DNA of 60,435 nt from Christensenellales bacterium (GCA_050943215.1 JBMNOU010000005.1:1-60435), one strand, 5' to 3'; shown: positions 38,182-49,142, counted from the first letter of the stretch. Notes: generated by a model not told the origin, from the letters alone. Numbers and translations are program-made.

Positions 38182-39111
38182 TTATATTGTATTTGCTTTG
38201 TCCTGTCTGTTAATAATGATGATTCCGGCCGCCACGAGAATAGCAGCTATAAGCATTTCAGGCCCCATACTCTCCCCTGGTACTAAAATAACAGATAAAA
38301 GCGTGCCGAATAGCGGAATGGCAAACTTGAATTGCTCAACCGTTGTGGCATTATAATATTTGAGTAATATAAACCAGAGTGTAAAAGCAGTAGCTGACAG
38401 CGCGGCCATATAGACTAAAAGGGCTCCCGATATGAAATTAAACGAAAGCATCTGAGGGCTGCCGGCAAAGCCCACAGCAATCAGCATCAAACCACCAATA
38501 AAAAGCTGCCATCCGTTTAACTTGACAATATCTATTGTATCAGCGTATTTCCTGATAATTACAATAGTTAAAGCACAAAACAAAGCATGTAAGACGATAA
38601 ACCCTTCGCCAGTTATAGTAAACGTAAAGCTTGTTTTTGCAATCAGTGTTAAATTTACCATCACCACGCCTGCAAAACCGCATATCAGGCCAACTCCCTT
38701 CTTCCAGTTCAAACGATCAGATTTAAACATGAAATGTGCAAATATGGCCACGATAAATACACTCATGGACGCAATCACAGACCCCTTAACACCCGTGGTA
38801 TTGCCAAGCCCGATGTAATACGGAACGTAGGCGCCAACCGTCTGAAGAAAAGCAATCAACAACATCAGCGGTATTTCGGTGCGCTTTGGGGTAATCTTTA
38901 TCTTCAGTTTCGCTTTCCCAAAAACAAGAACGATTAAACCCGCTAGGAAAAAACGGATACCGGCAAACAATATCTCCTGGAATTCATTTTCCATGCCGAG
39001 CTCCGCATAAGACAGCTTCATGCTGGGAAACGCGCTTCCCCATAGAAAACAGCAAAATAACGCCATCAATACCATTGCAGATCTTTTTTTAAATATGCTG
39101 TGTTTTTCCAT
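38182..39111 (-). CDS. DMT superfamily (EamA-type) transporter
   Basis: 10-TM layout with duplicated EamA halves. The ATG at 39111 follows AAAGGAG; the track ORF starts at 39138. Confidence 0.75.
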   Translation of the reverse strand: MEKHSIFKKRSAMVLMALFCCFLWGSAFPSMKLSYAELGMENEFQEILFAGIRFFLAGLIVLVFGKAKLKIKITPKRTEIPLMLLIAFLQTVGAYVPYYIGLGNTTGVKGSVIASMSVFIVAIFAHFMFKSDRLNWKKGVGLICGFAGVVMVNLTLIAKTSFTFTITGEGFIVLHALFCALTIVIIRKYADTIDIVKLNGWQLFIGGLMLIAVGFAGSPQMLSFNFISGALLVYMAALSATAFTLWFILLKYYNATTVEQFKFAIPLFGTLLSVILVPGESMGPEMLIAAILVAAGIIIINRQDKANTI

Positions 39112-39353
39112 ACGCGCTCCTTTGCTTATCCGATGCATATCATATCATATTTCTATTAATATTAAAACAATGTAACATACCGTTAACCTAGTAGTTCCAT
39201 AACAAAACCAATCATGAAACACTATTTAATTGTTTAATTTTGCAGAAAATAAATTGTAAATAAGTGATATTATCAGTAAATACGCCTTTCTTATTTCGAC
39301 CTTTTACGAAACGTGCTATAATATCAGAGTTACTATTGTTTTTTTGAGGAAAT

Positions 39354-39857
39354 ATGAACATGAAAATCATAAATAAGCAGCCAAACTCAAATGAATGCTT
39401 TGTATGCGGCCTTAAAAACGATAAAGGACTAAAGGCTTACTTTTATGAAACGGATACCAAAGAGATCGTTGCCATATTTACACCGCACAGCCTGCATCAA
39501 AGCTATCCCGGCCGGATCCACGGGGGTATCGCAGCTTGCATTTTAGACGAAACGATAGGAAGATCTGTTCAGATAGGCAATCCTGATATATGGGGCGTTA
39601 CTATCGAGCTTTCGCTGACATATAAAAAACCATTGCCGTATGATGTCGAACTCAAAGCCGTAGGCAGAATCACCAAAGAGAACCGGCTTCTTTTTGAAGG
39701 CGAGGGTGAAATCTATACACCTGACGGTCAGGTAGCGGTGTACGCCAAAGCAAAGTATGTAAAAATGACAATCGATAGGATAGCGCAGCAATTTGATCCG
39801 GATGACTGGAAAGTCCACCTCCATATTGATGACCCGTTAGAGATCAATATCCCATAA
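39354..39857 (+). CDS. PaaI-family hotdog-fold thioesterase
   Basis: 167 aa with a CFVCG N-terminus and an HGGIAACILDETIG catalytic region. Confidence 0.7.
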   Translation: MNMKIINKQPNSNECFVCGLKNDKGLKAYFYETDTKEIVAIFTPHSLHQSYPGRIHGGIAACILDETIGRSVQIGNPDIWGVTIELSLTYKKPLPYDVELKAVGRITKENRLLFEGEGEIYTPDGQVAVYAKAKYVKMTIDRIAQQFDPDDWKVHLHIDDPLEINIP

Positions 39858-40077
39858 AGCAATCCACAGCCCTGCATAAAGCTATCAGCCGTTTGCAGAG
39901 CTCCCTTTTTAAAAAGCAACGACAAAATGATGTTTTAAGTTATTGGAATCGTTGACGATTACTTGAATAAAAATAAATATATAAGTCTGCCCGGAATTTC
40001 GAGCATTAAATATCTACTTTATCTGATAAGTATTCTGTTTTATAAACAATAGGAAATGATGTTGAGGAGGAGATTAA

Positions 40078-41121
40078 ATGGCATCTATTAATGCGTCTGA
40101 TCTGGTCAGCTTTGTGTTCAATGCAAAAAATGACGGCTGGGGATATGTTTATTCGGCTCAAGGCCAGCTTTATAGCCGCAGGCTCGCAGAACAATGGGGG
40201 AATGCGAACCGTGCGGGCAAAGGTTATGATTATTTTGTTAAGAAATGTTCCCGTTGGTTTGGAAAAATTGTGGTGGATTGCTCGGGACTGGTTATTGAAG
40301 CGTATCGCAGCCAAATCCCTTCATATAGTGATAAGACGGCAAACGCACTTTTTGGTAAGTCTGCTAAGAAAGGTGTACTGAATACGATTCCCGAAATACC
40401 CGGCCTTTGTGTATGGCGCAACGGTCATATCGGTATTTATATTGGATATGGGCAAGTGATTGAAGCAGGAGGTACAAATGTTGGGGTTGTCTTGTCTGCA
40501 CTCAGCGCACCCGCAACAAACAAACCATGGACAAACTGGAGCATGCTTGCCGACGTCGATTATTCGGTGACTGCCGAACCACCGGCAACAGAACCGCCTG
40601 CCTGCTGGCTTGGCAGAAATCTCAAACTAACAGACCCTTATATGCACGGTAACGACGTTTCCCAAATACAAAAAGCCCTGGCAGCAATAGGTTTTTCGCC
40701 AAGCGAAATCGATGGCATCTTTGGACCTATTACACAGAAAGCCGTAATTAGTTTTCAGAAGCAGGCCAAACTCATTGTTGACGGCATCGTCGGTAAAAAT
40801 ACCACAAATTCCCTGCTGGGTATATGGGTTACAGACTATAACGGGAACCCTTATTGTCCGTGGAAGGAAATGCAATTAAGTTCGTTTAAGCTTAAAAGAC
40901 TGTTGAAGATAAACTCCCCGTATTTACGCGGTGATGATATAAGCGATGTACAAGATGCGCTACGGATGTTTGGATTTTCTCCTGGTAATCTTGACGGAAT
41001 TTATGGCAATAAAACAATGAATGCCGTGATTGAATTTCAAAAAAAGAACCGCCTGAGAGTAGACGGTATTGTCGGGAAGGAGACATCGACCGCCCTCGGA
41101 GGTATCTGGATGGGAAACTAA
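40078..41121 (+). CDS. NlpC/P60 (C40) peptidoglycan endopeptidase with two PG_binding_1 repeats
   Basis: Catalytic Cys (VVDCSGLV) and His (NGHIGIYIG). Two repeats follow: GNDVSQIQKALAAIGFSP..IDGIFGP.T..AV..FQK and GDDISDVQDALRMFGFSP..LDGIYG. Confidence 0.85.
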   Translation: MASINASDLVSFVFNAKNDGWGYVYSAQGQLYSRRLAEQWGNANRAGKGYDYFVKKCSRWFGKIVVDCSGLVIEAYRSQIPSYSDKTANALFGKSAKKGVLNTIPEIPGLCVWRNGHIGIYIGYGQVIEAGGTNVGVVLSALSAPATNKPWTNWSMLADVDYSVTAEPPATEPPACWLGRNLKLTDPYMHGNDVSQIQKALAAIGFSPSEIDGIFGPITQKAVISFQKQAKLIVDGIVGKNTTNSLLGIWVTDYNGNPYCPWKEMQLSSFKLKRLLKINSPYLRGDDISDVQDALRMFGFSPGNLDGIYGNKTMNAVIEFQKKNRLRVDGIVGKETSTALGGIWMGN

Positions 41122-41142
41122 AAGGTTTCCATAAAAAATAGC

Positions 41143-41161
41143 GCCCGCCATTACGGCGGGC
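41143..41161. terminator. Bidirectional GC-rich terminator hairpin between convergent genes
   Basis: GCCCGCC-ATTAC-GGCGGGC, flanked by an A-run upstream and AT-rich DNA downstream. On the minus strand it is followed by UAUUUUUUAU. Confidence 0.6.
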
Positions 41162-41214
41162 ATAATTATTCTACGGTTCTTACAATCTGTCTGAAATAAT
41201 AAATTTTTGGGGTG

Positions 41215-41832
41215 TTATTTTTCCAATAAGACTCTGATCGGACCGCCATCACTATCTTTATAGTGCATGAACAGCGCCGTCATTTTATACAATCCCGGAT
41301 CAACATTTACAAGGTAAAGGCCTTCAACAATCGGAATACCTGCTTTGAGGAAAACCAGATGCGTATCATTATACCCGAACTTGTCAACGGAAAGATAATC
41401 GAGTCCGACAGCGCGGATGCCTTTTTTAACAAGATTTGCCGCAGCATCCGGAGTAATCGTAACATATTCTTCGATGAACTCATCTTCAAGTAAATGCGGG
41501 CCGTTCGGCGTTTTAAATAACACCATATCGCCTTTTTGAATATCGAGATTTTCCACATCTTTTAGATCGATATCCTCCCCCGACATGAAAGCAAACACTT
41601 TTGCCTTGCCAATAAAATAGTCGGCCGGCAGCTCGTCTCCTCTTTTACCGTCAATCAACATATGGAAAGGCGGATCATAATGCGTACCCGTATGCGTCCC
41701 AAAGCTTATCCTTACCAGGTTACCGTTATCACCTTGTTTCATATCGAACACTTTTGTGATCTCAACACGAGGAACACTCGGATAATTCAGCATTCCATTT
41801 CTCATCGGTACCGTAACATCAATATAACTCAA
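41215..41832 (-). CDS. Cyclase family protein (kynurenine formamidase-like)
   Basis: HxGTHxDxPxH metal motif (FGTHTGTHYDPPFH). 205 aa. Confidence 0.75.
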   Translation of the reverse strand: MSYIDVTVPMRNGMLNYPSVPRVEITKVFDMKQGDNGNLVRISFGTHTGTHYDPPFHMLIDGKRGDELPADYFIGKAKVFAFMSGEDIDLKDVENLDIQKGDMVLFKTPNGPHLLEDEFIEEYVTITPDAAANLVKKGIRAVGLDYLSVDKFGYNDTHLVFLKAGIPIVEGLYLVNVDPGLYKMTALFMHYKDSDGGPIRVLLEK

Positions 41833-41983
41833 GATATCACCTCTTTCTGTTTTTTCTTATTGATTTATAAGGAGAATCATTAATCTGCCGATTTAGGCAT
41901 ATTTATTTTTCCCCTTTGACCCGAAACTTAGAATGCTTGTATACTGGTATATACAATAATACAGTTAAACACAGCCTGATAAA

Positions 41984-43477
41984 TCAGCTTAAACCAGACT
42001 CTTTAGATGGATTGAACAATATTTCGAGCGCCTCATCGGTAATAGTATCACCGACTACATAAGTATCGGGCTGATCTTTAACCAGTTCATAGTATTCGGC
42101 AAGGTTATCGTTAGTAATAAATGTACTCACCATGTAATCATACGTCACTCCATCGCCCGATTTTAGCGTACGTCCTTCAGCCAGCTTTAGTGCGATTTTA
42201 AAAGCCACTGCGGAAACACTCGATGGCGCTGGCTGTGCACAGACAACAAACTCTCCGGGCGGCGCTTTTATGACAGGCACCGCTGTCGGCTGATTGTCTT
42301 GAGCCTTTTCTTGCTGACTTACCTGCTGCTCGCCAGTTTGTGATGGTATGGCGACACCTTCATTTTTCAGCGCATACCACGTTTTAATAAACCCTGCGGT
42401 TGCATCCCCACACATTACCTTTGGCAGCAAGCCCTTCTCTATCCAGGCTGTAATAACGCCATACGCCATACCTTCTTCAGTAATCACACCGTCAATTTGC
42501 CCGTTTTGTGCAATAAACGCATCCATGGATTCGTTTGCAGCATCTTTGTTCCATGACGCATAAGATGTGCCGACAGTAACAATATTGGGATTGCCCGACA
42601 GCGCACTATCTATTTCACACTTGCGTTCCTTATCGATTAGGCTGTCCTCGCTCCCTAGTATTTGCACGATATTTCCCTCGGGCAGTTTTTCGGCCATAAA
42701 TTGCCCGTATTTTCTCCCCCATTCTTTATGGTTGGTAACAACATTCACAGCATACCCTTTTGAGGGTGCATTATAAGTGACAATGGGGATTCCTTCCTCA
42801 GCTGCCATAAACGATACCATATTAAAGCATTCTTCGCTCGAAGCACCCACAATGATCACATCCGCCTTGTTTTTTATAAGGCTTCTTACATTTTGCAGCT
42901 GTTGATTATAATCTCCGCCCGCATCATAGAAATAGACCTTAGCATCTCCTTGCTCTTCCGCAATGCCGGAAACTTCTTGAAGCTTGCTTAAGAGCATCTC
43001 ATCAATGTCAGTTTGGATATTGCCAATCGTAATGCCAATCTTTATGCCGGGTTCGGTTTGCACCTCGGTTTGTTCGTCTGTAAACAAGCTTTCATCTGTT
43101 CCAGCAAGACCGGCCAGTACGCTCTGATCCACCCCTTTATATGCGTACTCCTGTTCCTCGTTAAATTCCCCGATTGGCACAGTTGGTTCCAAAGACACTT
43201 CCGGAGCAAAACTATTTGACTGAGCCATGGTAGCAGCTTTGCCTCCAGTAAAAAGGATGATACAAACGGCTGCGATCACCACGACGCCAGCTGCCAAAGC
43301 AATGATTTTAGAATTATTCTTAATAAAAGCCTTGATACCTCTTTTTCTTCTTCGGCTTCTCAATCGTGACATATCGCTAACGCTTATCGCCATATGAGAG
43401 GAAGATCTATATCCTTGGCTGTTCGACAATATATTGCCCGATCTTTTTCTTTTAAACTTCTTTCTAAATCTCCGCAT
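41984..43477 (-). CDS. Membrane-anchored periplasmic-binding-protein (sugar-binding type I) domain protein
   Basis: Very basic N-tail (RRFRKKFKRKR...RSRRRKRG), one TM, then a PBP type I-like fold (IGITIGN..., VIIVGASS, VVTNHKEWGRKYGQFMAE). Confidence 0.55.
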   Translation of the reverse strand: MRRFRKKFKRKRSGNILSNSQGYRSSSHMAISVSDMSRLRSRRRKRGIKAFIKNNSKIIALAAGVVVIAAVCIILFTGGKAATMAQSNSFAPEVSLEPTVPIGEFNEEQEYAYKGVDQSVLAGLAGTDESLFTDEQTEVQTEPGIKIGITIGNIQTDIDEMLLSKLQEVSGIAEEQGDAKVYFYDAGGDYNQQLQNVRSLIKNKADVIIVGASSEECFNMVSFMAAEEGIPIVTYNAPSKGYAVNVVTNHKEWGRKYGQFMAEKLPEGNIVQILGSEDSLIDKERKCEIDSALSGNPNIVTVGTSYASWNKDAANESMDAFIAQNGQIDGVITEEGMAYGVITAWIEKGLLPKVMCGDATAGFIKTWYALKNEGVAIPSQTGEQQVSQQEKAQDNQPTAVPVIKAPPGEFVVCAQPAPSSVSAVAFKIALKLAEGRTLKSGDGVTYDYMVSTFITNDNLAEYYELVKDQPDTYVVGDTITDEALEILFNPSKESGLS

Positions 43478-43515
43478 AGATCATCAATCCTTAAATGTTT
43501 TTTATCCCCGATAAA

Positions 43516-45111
43516 TCAAACCGCTTCATTTTGCTCGTTGTCCCATTTTTGAATCAGCGCTAGCAGTTCACGTTTCATATTCTCAGCTTGCTGCGCACTA
43601 CTATTTTCCAGTTTATTTTGGGCCTGAGCAATAAGGTTTTGTAATGTCAATGTCTCAACGGATGGTTCTGTCTCTTTATACGCTGCAATCGGTACAGTCT
43701 TTTCGAACGTTTTTGTATCGAACGTAGCGAACAGATCAGGTACTAAGACATTATACCCTAGGCTGGCCAGCCGCTTTGCAAATAGCTCCGAAACTTGTTC
43801 TTCTCCATGCATAACAAAAACCTTTTCTAAACTAGTCGGAAAATGTCTGATCCAATCCAAAAGCCCTGCCTGATCTGCATGACCCGAAAAGCCTTCTATC
43901 CGCTCGATATGCGCTTTCACCTTTATCTCTTCGCCGAATATTCTAACAGTTTTATTGCCATCGAGTATGCTTCTGCCAAGTGTACCTATAGCCTGGTATC
44001 CTACAAAAATTACCGTAGAATTTTCTTTCCACAGGTTATGCTTTAGATGATGTTTGATTCTGCCTGCCTCACACATACCGCTTGAAGAAATAATAATCTT
44101 CTGGCGGTTATCGAAGTTAATAGCTTTTGATTCTTCTGCGGACTGCGCGACAATAAGAGTATCAAAAGAAAAAAATTCAATGCCTTCCGCTTTATACGCT
44201 ATAGCCTCTTCATCGTAGTATCCCTTACTGCTTGAGCGGAAAATCTCTGTTGCCGCAATACCAAGAGGACTGTCTATATATACGGGAATATTATCAAGAC
44301 CGTCAATACTCTTTTCTTCGAGCAGCACGGACAGACAATAGAGTATCTCCTGCGTTCTTCCAACAGCAAAGGACGGTATTACTATATTCCCTCCTGCGGC
44401 AATCGCTTTGATCAGCGTTCTTTTTAATTGCTCTCTAGTATCCAAAGACTCTACATGCAGCCGATCTCCGTATGTACTTTCCATAAAAACAAAATTGGCA
44501 TCGTTGATATATACCGGGTCCTTGATAATTGGCCTATCTTTGTTACCGATATCTCCTGAGAAAACGAGCTTTTGCTGCGTATCATTTTCCCTGATAAATA
44601 GCTCTATCGAAGCAGAGCCTAGCAGATGCCCCGCGTCTACAAAACGAACATCAACGCCTTCTATTAACGTTTTTTTAACCCCATAATCCATCGGACTCAA
44701 ATGCTTCGTAGCTGTTTTTGCATCTTCTACCGTATATAATGGCGGTATAATAGGCTTCCCCGCCCGAATACGCTTTCTATTCTCCCATTCGGCCTCCATC
44801 TCCTGAATATGCCCAGCGTCAGGGAACATAATCGAGCAAAGCCTTGCCGTCGCTTCAGTACAATAAACCCTGCCTTTAAACCCTTTCTTGACGAGCAGAG
44901 GTATCATTCCAGAGTGGTCAATATGGGCATGTGTTAATAGCAAAATATCAATTTCCTGTGCATCAAAAACAAAACCATCTTTTACAGGTGCGTTTTTTGC
45001 GTCTCTGCCCTGTCTCATGCCGCAATCGATAAGAATCTTTTTGCCTTCGGTTTCAATTAGCGTACAAGACCCTGTTACACATTTTGCCGCTCCCAAGAAA
45101 GTGATATTCAT
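43516..45111 (-). CDS. MBL-fold beta-CASP hydrolase (RNA-metabolising metallo-beta-lactamase type)
   Basis: HxHxDH motif (LLTHAHIDHSG) and beta-CASP/RMMBL-like C-terminal region (GFSGHADQAGL). 531 aa. Confidence 0.75.
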   Translation of the reverse strand: MNITFLGAAKCVTGSCTLIETEGKKILIDCGMRQGRDAKNAPVKDGFVFDAQEIDILLLTHAHIDHSGMIPLLVKKGFKGRVYCTEATARLCSIMFPDAGHIQEMEAEWENRKRIRAGKPIIPPLYTVEDAKTATKHLSPMDYGVKKTLIEGVDVRFVDAGHLLGSASIELFIRENDTQQKLVFSGDIGNKDRPIIKDPVYINDANFVFMESTYGDRLHVESLDTREQLKRTLIKAIAAGGNIVIPSFAVGRTQEILYCLSVLLEEKSIDGLDNIPVYIDSPLGIAATEIFRSSSKGYYDEEAIAYKAEGIEFFSFDTLIVAQSAEESKAINFDNRQKIIISSSGMCEAGRIKHHLKHNLWKENSTVIFVGYQAIGTLGRSILDGNKTVRIFGEEIKVKAHIERIEGFSGHADQAGLLDWIRHFPTSLEKVFVMHGEEQVSELFAKRLASLGYNVLVPDLFATFDTKTFEKTVPIAAYKETEPSVETLTLQNLIAQAQNKLENSSAQQAENMKRELLALIQKWDNEQNEAV

Positions 45112-45393
45112 GTATTATCCCCCGATCTTAATACAATTGTAACAAAAAACCTATCCAAATAAAAGGGGATATTTTTATTAACATACCCTTAGAATTTTAC
45201 CGTTTTGATATGAACCATCATTATTATACATCAAATTTTTAAAAAGTGCCACAATCGTTAACAAAAGACGCCTTTTGATACATTCTAATATTTTGCCGGG
45301 CTATAATTGGATGATTTGAAACTAAACTTAATTTGTTAATAATATATAAAGGCTGCCCAAAAAAAGAGGCGTCGAATGTAATCTTCTAAAACC

Positions 45394-45675
45394 TCATTCC
45401 TTATTTTGCCTAACAACCCTGCATTGATATTTTTTTGAGACGGTATCAAGATATATCATCAATCCTTCTGTATACCCAATAATCTCTGTATCACAAGCGC
45501 GGCTTGTCACTTTATCGATAATATCTGAATCATACTGTTTCTTTTCAATCTTAAGTCCGTGCTTTTTTTTATATACGGCAATCTTTTTAACAATATCCAT
45601 GCGCTTTTCAAAAAGCTCGACAATTTTTTTGTCGATGAGATCAATCCTGTGCGTCAGGTTATCCAGCATATCCAA
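45394..45675 (-). CDS. Chorismate mutase (AroQ class, monofunctional)
   Basis: 93 aa all-helical protein. RIDLIDKKIVELFEKRMDIVKKIAVYKKKHGL matches the CM_2 pattern. Confidence 0.7.
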   Translation of the reverse strand: MDMLDNLTHRIDLIDKKIVELFEKRMDIVKKIAVYKKKHGLKIEKKQYDSDIIDKVTSRACDTEIIGYTEGLMIYLDTVSKKYQCRVVRQNKE

Positions 45676-46047
45676 TTTATTTCTCCTGAATTTTATTATA
45701 CGAGTATGGCAAGGCTAAAAACCCGATACATACATATTCGCATCATTTATCATGGCAGGGTCTTAACCTAAGGCGGCTGCTGTGTAAGCCTTTGCGTATA
45801 TGCATATCTTTAGACTTGCTTACATTCGATCACTATGCTTTGTCTAAAACAGCAATATTTTCACCCATAGTATGAAGTGTTGCCAATACTCATTATACCG
45901 TTATCATTATTATGCAACCCGTCGGCGATTTTTATTACATACCCCAAGCTCATAGATCCGCAAAAGACTCCAAAGCTTTGATAAGCCCTTTTTAATATAT
46001 ACTTCGTGAAATAGCCTCAGTTATATTGATTTTAATTTATAAAGCAA

Positions 46048-47217
46048 TTATTCATGTCTAAGTGCTTCTACCGGATCAAGCTTTGAGGCCTTATAAGCCG
46101 GGATCAGACCGAATAGTATACCAATTGTTGCGGAAAACAGTACACTTAGTGTTGCAGCCGATCCCGATACTTCCGCTTGAATTCCAATAACATTTCCCGA
46201 AATTTTGGTCAAAATAACACCGATGGCAATGCCCAGCAAACAGCCGAGCAGTGCAAAAAACAAAGCTTCCGCAAGGAATTGACCAAGTATATGATGTTCG
46301 CCCGCTCCTAAAGCCTTTCTAATCCCAATCTCTCTTGTCCGTTCTTTAATTGTGACCAGCATGATGTTCATAATTCCGATACCACCAACCAGAAGCGCGA
46401 CACCCGCAACTGCACTGACAACAACCGTGAAAATGTCCAGTATCTTTTGCGCATTCGCAATTTCCTTTGTCAGATTTATTATCTTTAAAGAACCTTCTCC
46501 GTATTTATTAAGCAGTACAGATACACTTGTTTTGATTACGTAATCAAGCGTATCCGATCCTGAAGCCGTTACCGATATCTCATCCACATATTTACTTGAA
46601 AACATGCTAATAAAAGTTGTAATTGGTATGTAGCATTTTCCTGAAAAAAACGAAGAATAGATAGTCTGGTCTTCTTTTTCCACACCGATTACGGTAAATT
46701 TTTGGCCGTTAATACTCACTTTCTGTCCTTCTGCACTCTTGTCGCCAAAAAGCTTATCTTTTGCCTGTTCACTGAGCACAACGACACGCCTAGTGTAGCC
46801 GATATCACTTTCGGTAAGGCCTCTGCCCTCAAGATATGTCATCTGTTCCATATTAAAAAGTGCTTCGGTTGTACCGACCACATCCGATTGAAGCTGCACT
46901 TTTTGATTGGACAGAAACGCTTTTTGGTAAGCTGAGGGCGCCACATCTTTTATTCCGTTTATCTCTTTTAACATTTCAGCATCCGACATCACCAGCATTT
47001 TATTAGGACCGCGCACATCATTTGGAAATAGCCATATCCTGTTAATACCGAACTTCAATAGTTCATTGTTTATCATTCTTTGCCCACCGTTACTGACAGA
47101 TATAACGGTGATCATTGATGCCACGCCTATCATTATACCAATTATTGTTAGAACAGTCCTCAGACGATTCTTTTTTATCTGATGTATCGCAATAGTTATA
47201 TAATCTCTGAGTCTCAT
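46048..47217 (-). CDS. ABC transporter permease, MacB/FtsX type
   Basis: N-terminal TM, large extracytoplasmic MacB_PCD-like domain, and C-terminal FtsX 3-TM bundle (RTREIGIRKALGA). Confidence 0.85.
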   Translation of the reverse strand: MRLRDYITIAIHQIKKNRLRTVLTIIGIMIGVASMITVISVSNGGQRMINNELLKFGINRIWLFPNDVRGPNKMLVMSDAEMLKEINGIKDVAPSAYQKAFLSNQKVQLQSDVVGTTEALFNMEQMTYLEGRGLTESDIGYTRRVVVLSEQAKDKLFGDKSAEGQKVSINGQKFTVIGVEKEDQTIYSSFFSGKCYIPITTFISMFSSKYVDEISVTASGSDTLDYVIKTSVSVLLNKYGEGSLKIINLTKEIANAQKILDIFTVVVSAVAGVALLVGGIGIMNIMLVTIKERTREIGIRKALGAGEHHILGQFLAEALFFALLGCLLGIAIGVILTKISGNVIGIQAEVSGSAATLSVLFSATIGILFGLIPAYKASKLDPVEALRHE

Positions 47218-47897
47218 TAACCCTCCATGTGGCCAATGATATGCCCGTCTTTCAGCATAATTAATTCCTTTGCTTTGTCAGCCACACTTTTTTCATGAGT
47301 AATCAGCACAATCGTCGTTCCCTGTTCATTCAGATTCTTTAGCATACAGACAATCTCTTCTCCTATTTTGCTATCTAGGTTTCCCGTTGGCTCGTCCGCC
47401 AGTATCAAACTCGGAAAATTGACAAGAGCCCTTGCAATGGCCACTCTTTGACGCTGGCCACCTGAAAGCTCGCTGGGCAAATGAGATGCCCGGTTAGATA
47501 GCCCCGTCATCTCTAAAAGTTCTGCCGAACGGCGTCTTCTCTCTTTGAGAGGCGTTCCCGAATAAATCATAGGAAGCTCGATATTTTGTTTTGCTGTCAG
47601 CGATGATAGAAGATAGAACGACTGGAATATGAAACCAATGCATTTGTTTCTCAGATGAACTTTGTTTTGTTTTGACAGTCTTTTTACGTCTGTCCCATTA
47701 AACAGATAATCTCCTTTTGTTTGGGTATCAAGACACCCGAGAATATTCATAAGCGTTGTTTTTCCGGATCCCGAAGCACCCATAACAGCAAGAAAACCGC
47801 CTTTTTTCAGTTTTAACGTAACATCTTTGACCGCATGAACAGAAGCTTCACCCCGGCCGTAGGTCTTGCACAAATTTTTAACTTCAATCATAAGCAA
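47217..47897 (-). CDS. ABC transporter ATP-binding protein (MacB/LolD type)
   Basis: Walker A (GASGSGKTT), signature (LSGGQRQRV) and Walker B (LILADEPT). Confidence 0.9.
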   Translation of the reverse strand: MLMIEVKNLCKTYGRGEASVHAVKDVTLKLKKGGFLAVMGASGSGKTTLMNILGCLDTQTKGDYLFNGTDVKRLSKQNKVHLRNKCIGFIFQSFYLLSSLTAKQNIELPMIYSGTPLKERRRRSAELLEMTGLSNRASHLPSELSGGQRQRVAIARALVNFPSLILADEPTGNLDSKIGEEIVCMLKNLNEQGTTIVLITHEKSVADKAKELIMLKDGHIIGHMEG

Positions 47898-49065
47898 CCT
47901 TAAGACCTTCCTTTATATCCTGGGGTGACAAAACAACTTTTTCTCCGGCACTAAGACCGCCGAGAATCTCTATATTAAATGTATCTTCAAAGCCTTTTTG
48001 CACCGCCCTTTTTTCCAAAATATCATTTTCTCCAATAACAAACACATAGCCATCTTCCGTAATGCAATCAATTGGCAGCGCAAGTACATTCTTTTTTTGC
48101 AATAATATGATTTTTAGATCGACGATCGCTCCCGGCATTTTATTAAAACCCTTATCTGGCGTGATCTCAACCTTTGCCATTGTTTCATAAGCCGAAGTAT
48201 TACCAATATTAGAAGCTGCTTCCCCAATTTTGGTCAGAGTGCCTTTAAATTTTCCTTTCTCAGTTGTAATGCTAACAGCCATTCCGGTTGACAAGGCACT
48301 GATATCTTTTTCATAAATATACCCACATATCCGCGTGTTTTTTGTATCTGCGATAACCATGGCGGGTATCCCCGGAGACAGTACTTCCCCAGTGTTGATG
48401 TTAACGGAAATCACTGTACCTTTCATAAGGCTTTTATATGCCATATTTTCCATTTCTTGCTTTAATCTCTGTATAGAAAGTTCCGCCAGAGCAAGTTCAT
48501 CATCAGATACCTGTACGTTGGATAACGATTGCTGCATGCCGGATCCAATGAGATTATTAAGGCTCATATCGCTTAGCGATGCGGCTATTGCCGATACATT
48601 TTGACTTATCTGTCCAGAAAATACTCTATTGAAGGATTCATAGTCATATCCGGTGGTCTGTGATAAGGCCAGCGCAATTTTTGCTTTTTCTTCGGTCAGA
48701 TCCATAGTAGATGATTGTGCCATGGCCATTTTGGCCGCTGAATCACAAAGGACCTGGTAGTTCAATTCCGCCTCTTTTAGCAGGCACTCGGCTTCTGATG
48801 TATCAAGGTCAAAAAGTGCTTCCCCCAAGCCCACCTTGCTTCCTTCAGTAACATATATCTTTTTTATCGTTCCGCCTGTTTTGCTCATGACACTATACAT
48901 TTGTTCTGGAATAACTTCTCCGGAGAACTCCAGAGAATTTTGAAGATCCATATATTTGACCTCGCTAAAACTGACCATTGTAACCGTTTCGCCATTGTTG
49001 AAATATAAGAACCAGCCAGCTGCAATAACTGCCAACACGACAATTAATAGCATCAGTTTTCTCAT
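47884..49065 (-). CDS. Efflux periplasmic adaptor (HlyD/MacA family)
   Basis: N-terminal anchor, lipoyl-like hairpin flanks, coiled coil and C-terminal beta-barrel. It overlaps the ATPase gene by 14 nt. Confidence 0.75.
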   Translation of the reverse strand: MRKLMLLIVVLAVIAAGWFLYFNNGETVTMVSFSEVKYMDLQNSLEFSGEVIPEQMYSVMSKTGGTIKKIYVTEGSKVGLGEALFDLDTSEAECLLKEAELNYQVLCDSAAKMAMAQSSTMDLTEEKAKIALALSQTTGYDYESFNRVFSGQISQNVSAIAASLSDMSLNNLIGSGMQQSLSNVQVSDDELALAELSIQRLKQEMENMAYKSLMKGTVISVNINTGEVLSPGIPAMVIADTKNTRICGYIYEKDISALSTGMAVSITTEKGKFKGTLTKIGEAASNIGNTSAYETMAKVEITPDKGFNKMPGAIVDLKIILLQKKNVLALPIDCITEDGYVFVIGENDILEKRAVQKGFEDTFNIEILGGLSAGEKVVLSPQDIKEGLKVAYD

Positions 49066-49142
49066 AATATACCCCCTTTTTTCAATGCGTTCGTCTGATT
49101 TTAGTTTGGCAAAAACAAGCCTACGTTATTCGAAAATAGATG

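Noticed and set aside
37981-38286. The 101-aa plus-strand ORF downstream of the tRNA promoter region.
   Set aside because: It is A+T-rich with a low-complexity translation, has no RBS, and its 3' end overlaps the C-terminus of the well-supported DMT transporter on the other strand.
45676-46047. The 370-nt spacer upstream of chorismate mutase, considered as a possible T-box or riboswitch or small-peptide gene.
   Set aside because: I could not find a specifier/T-box sequence, a conserved riboswitch core, or an ORF with an RBS. Only a 30-codon frame without a Shine-Dalgarno sequence is present.
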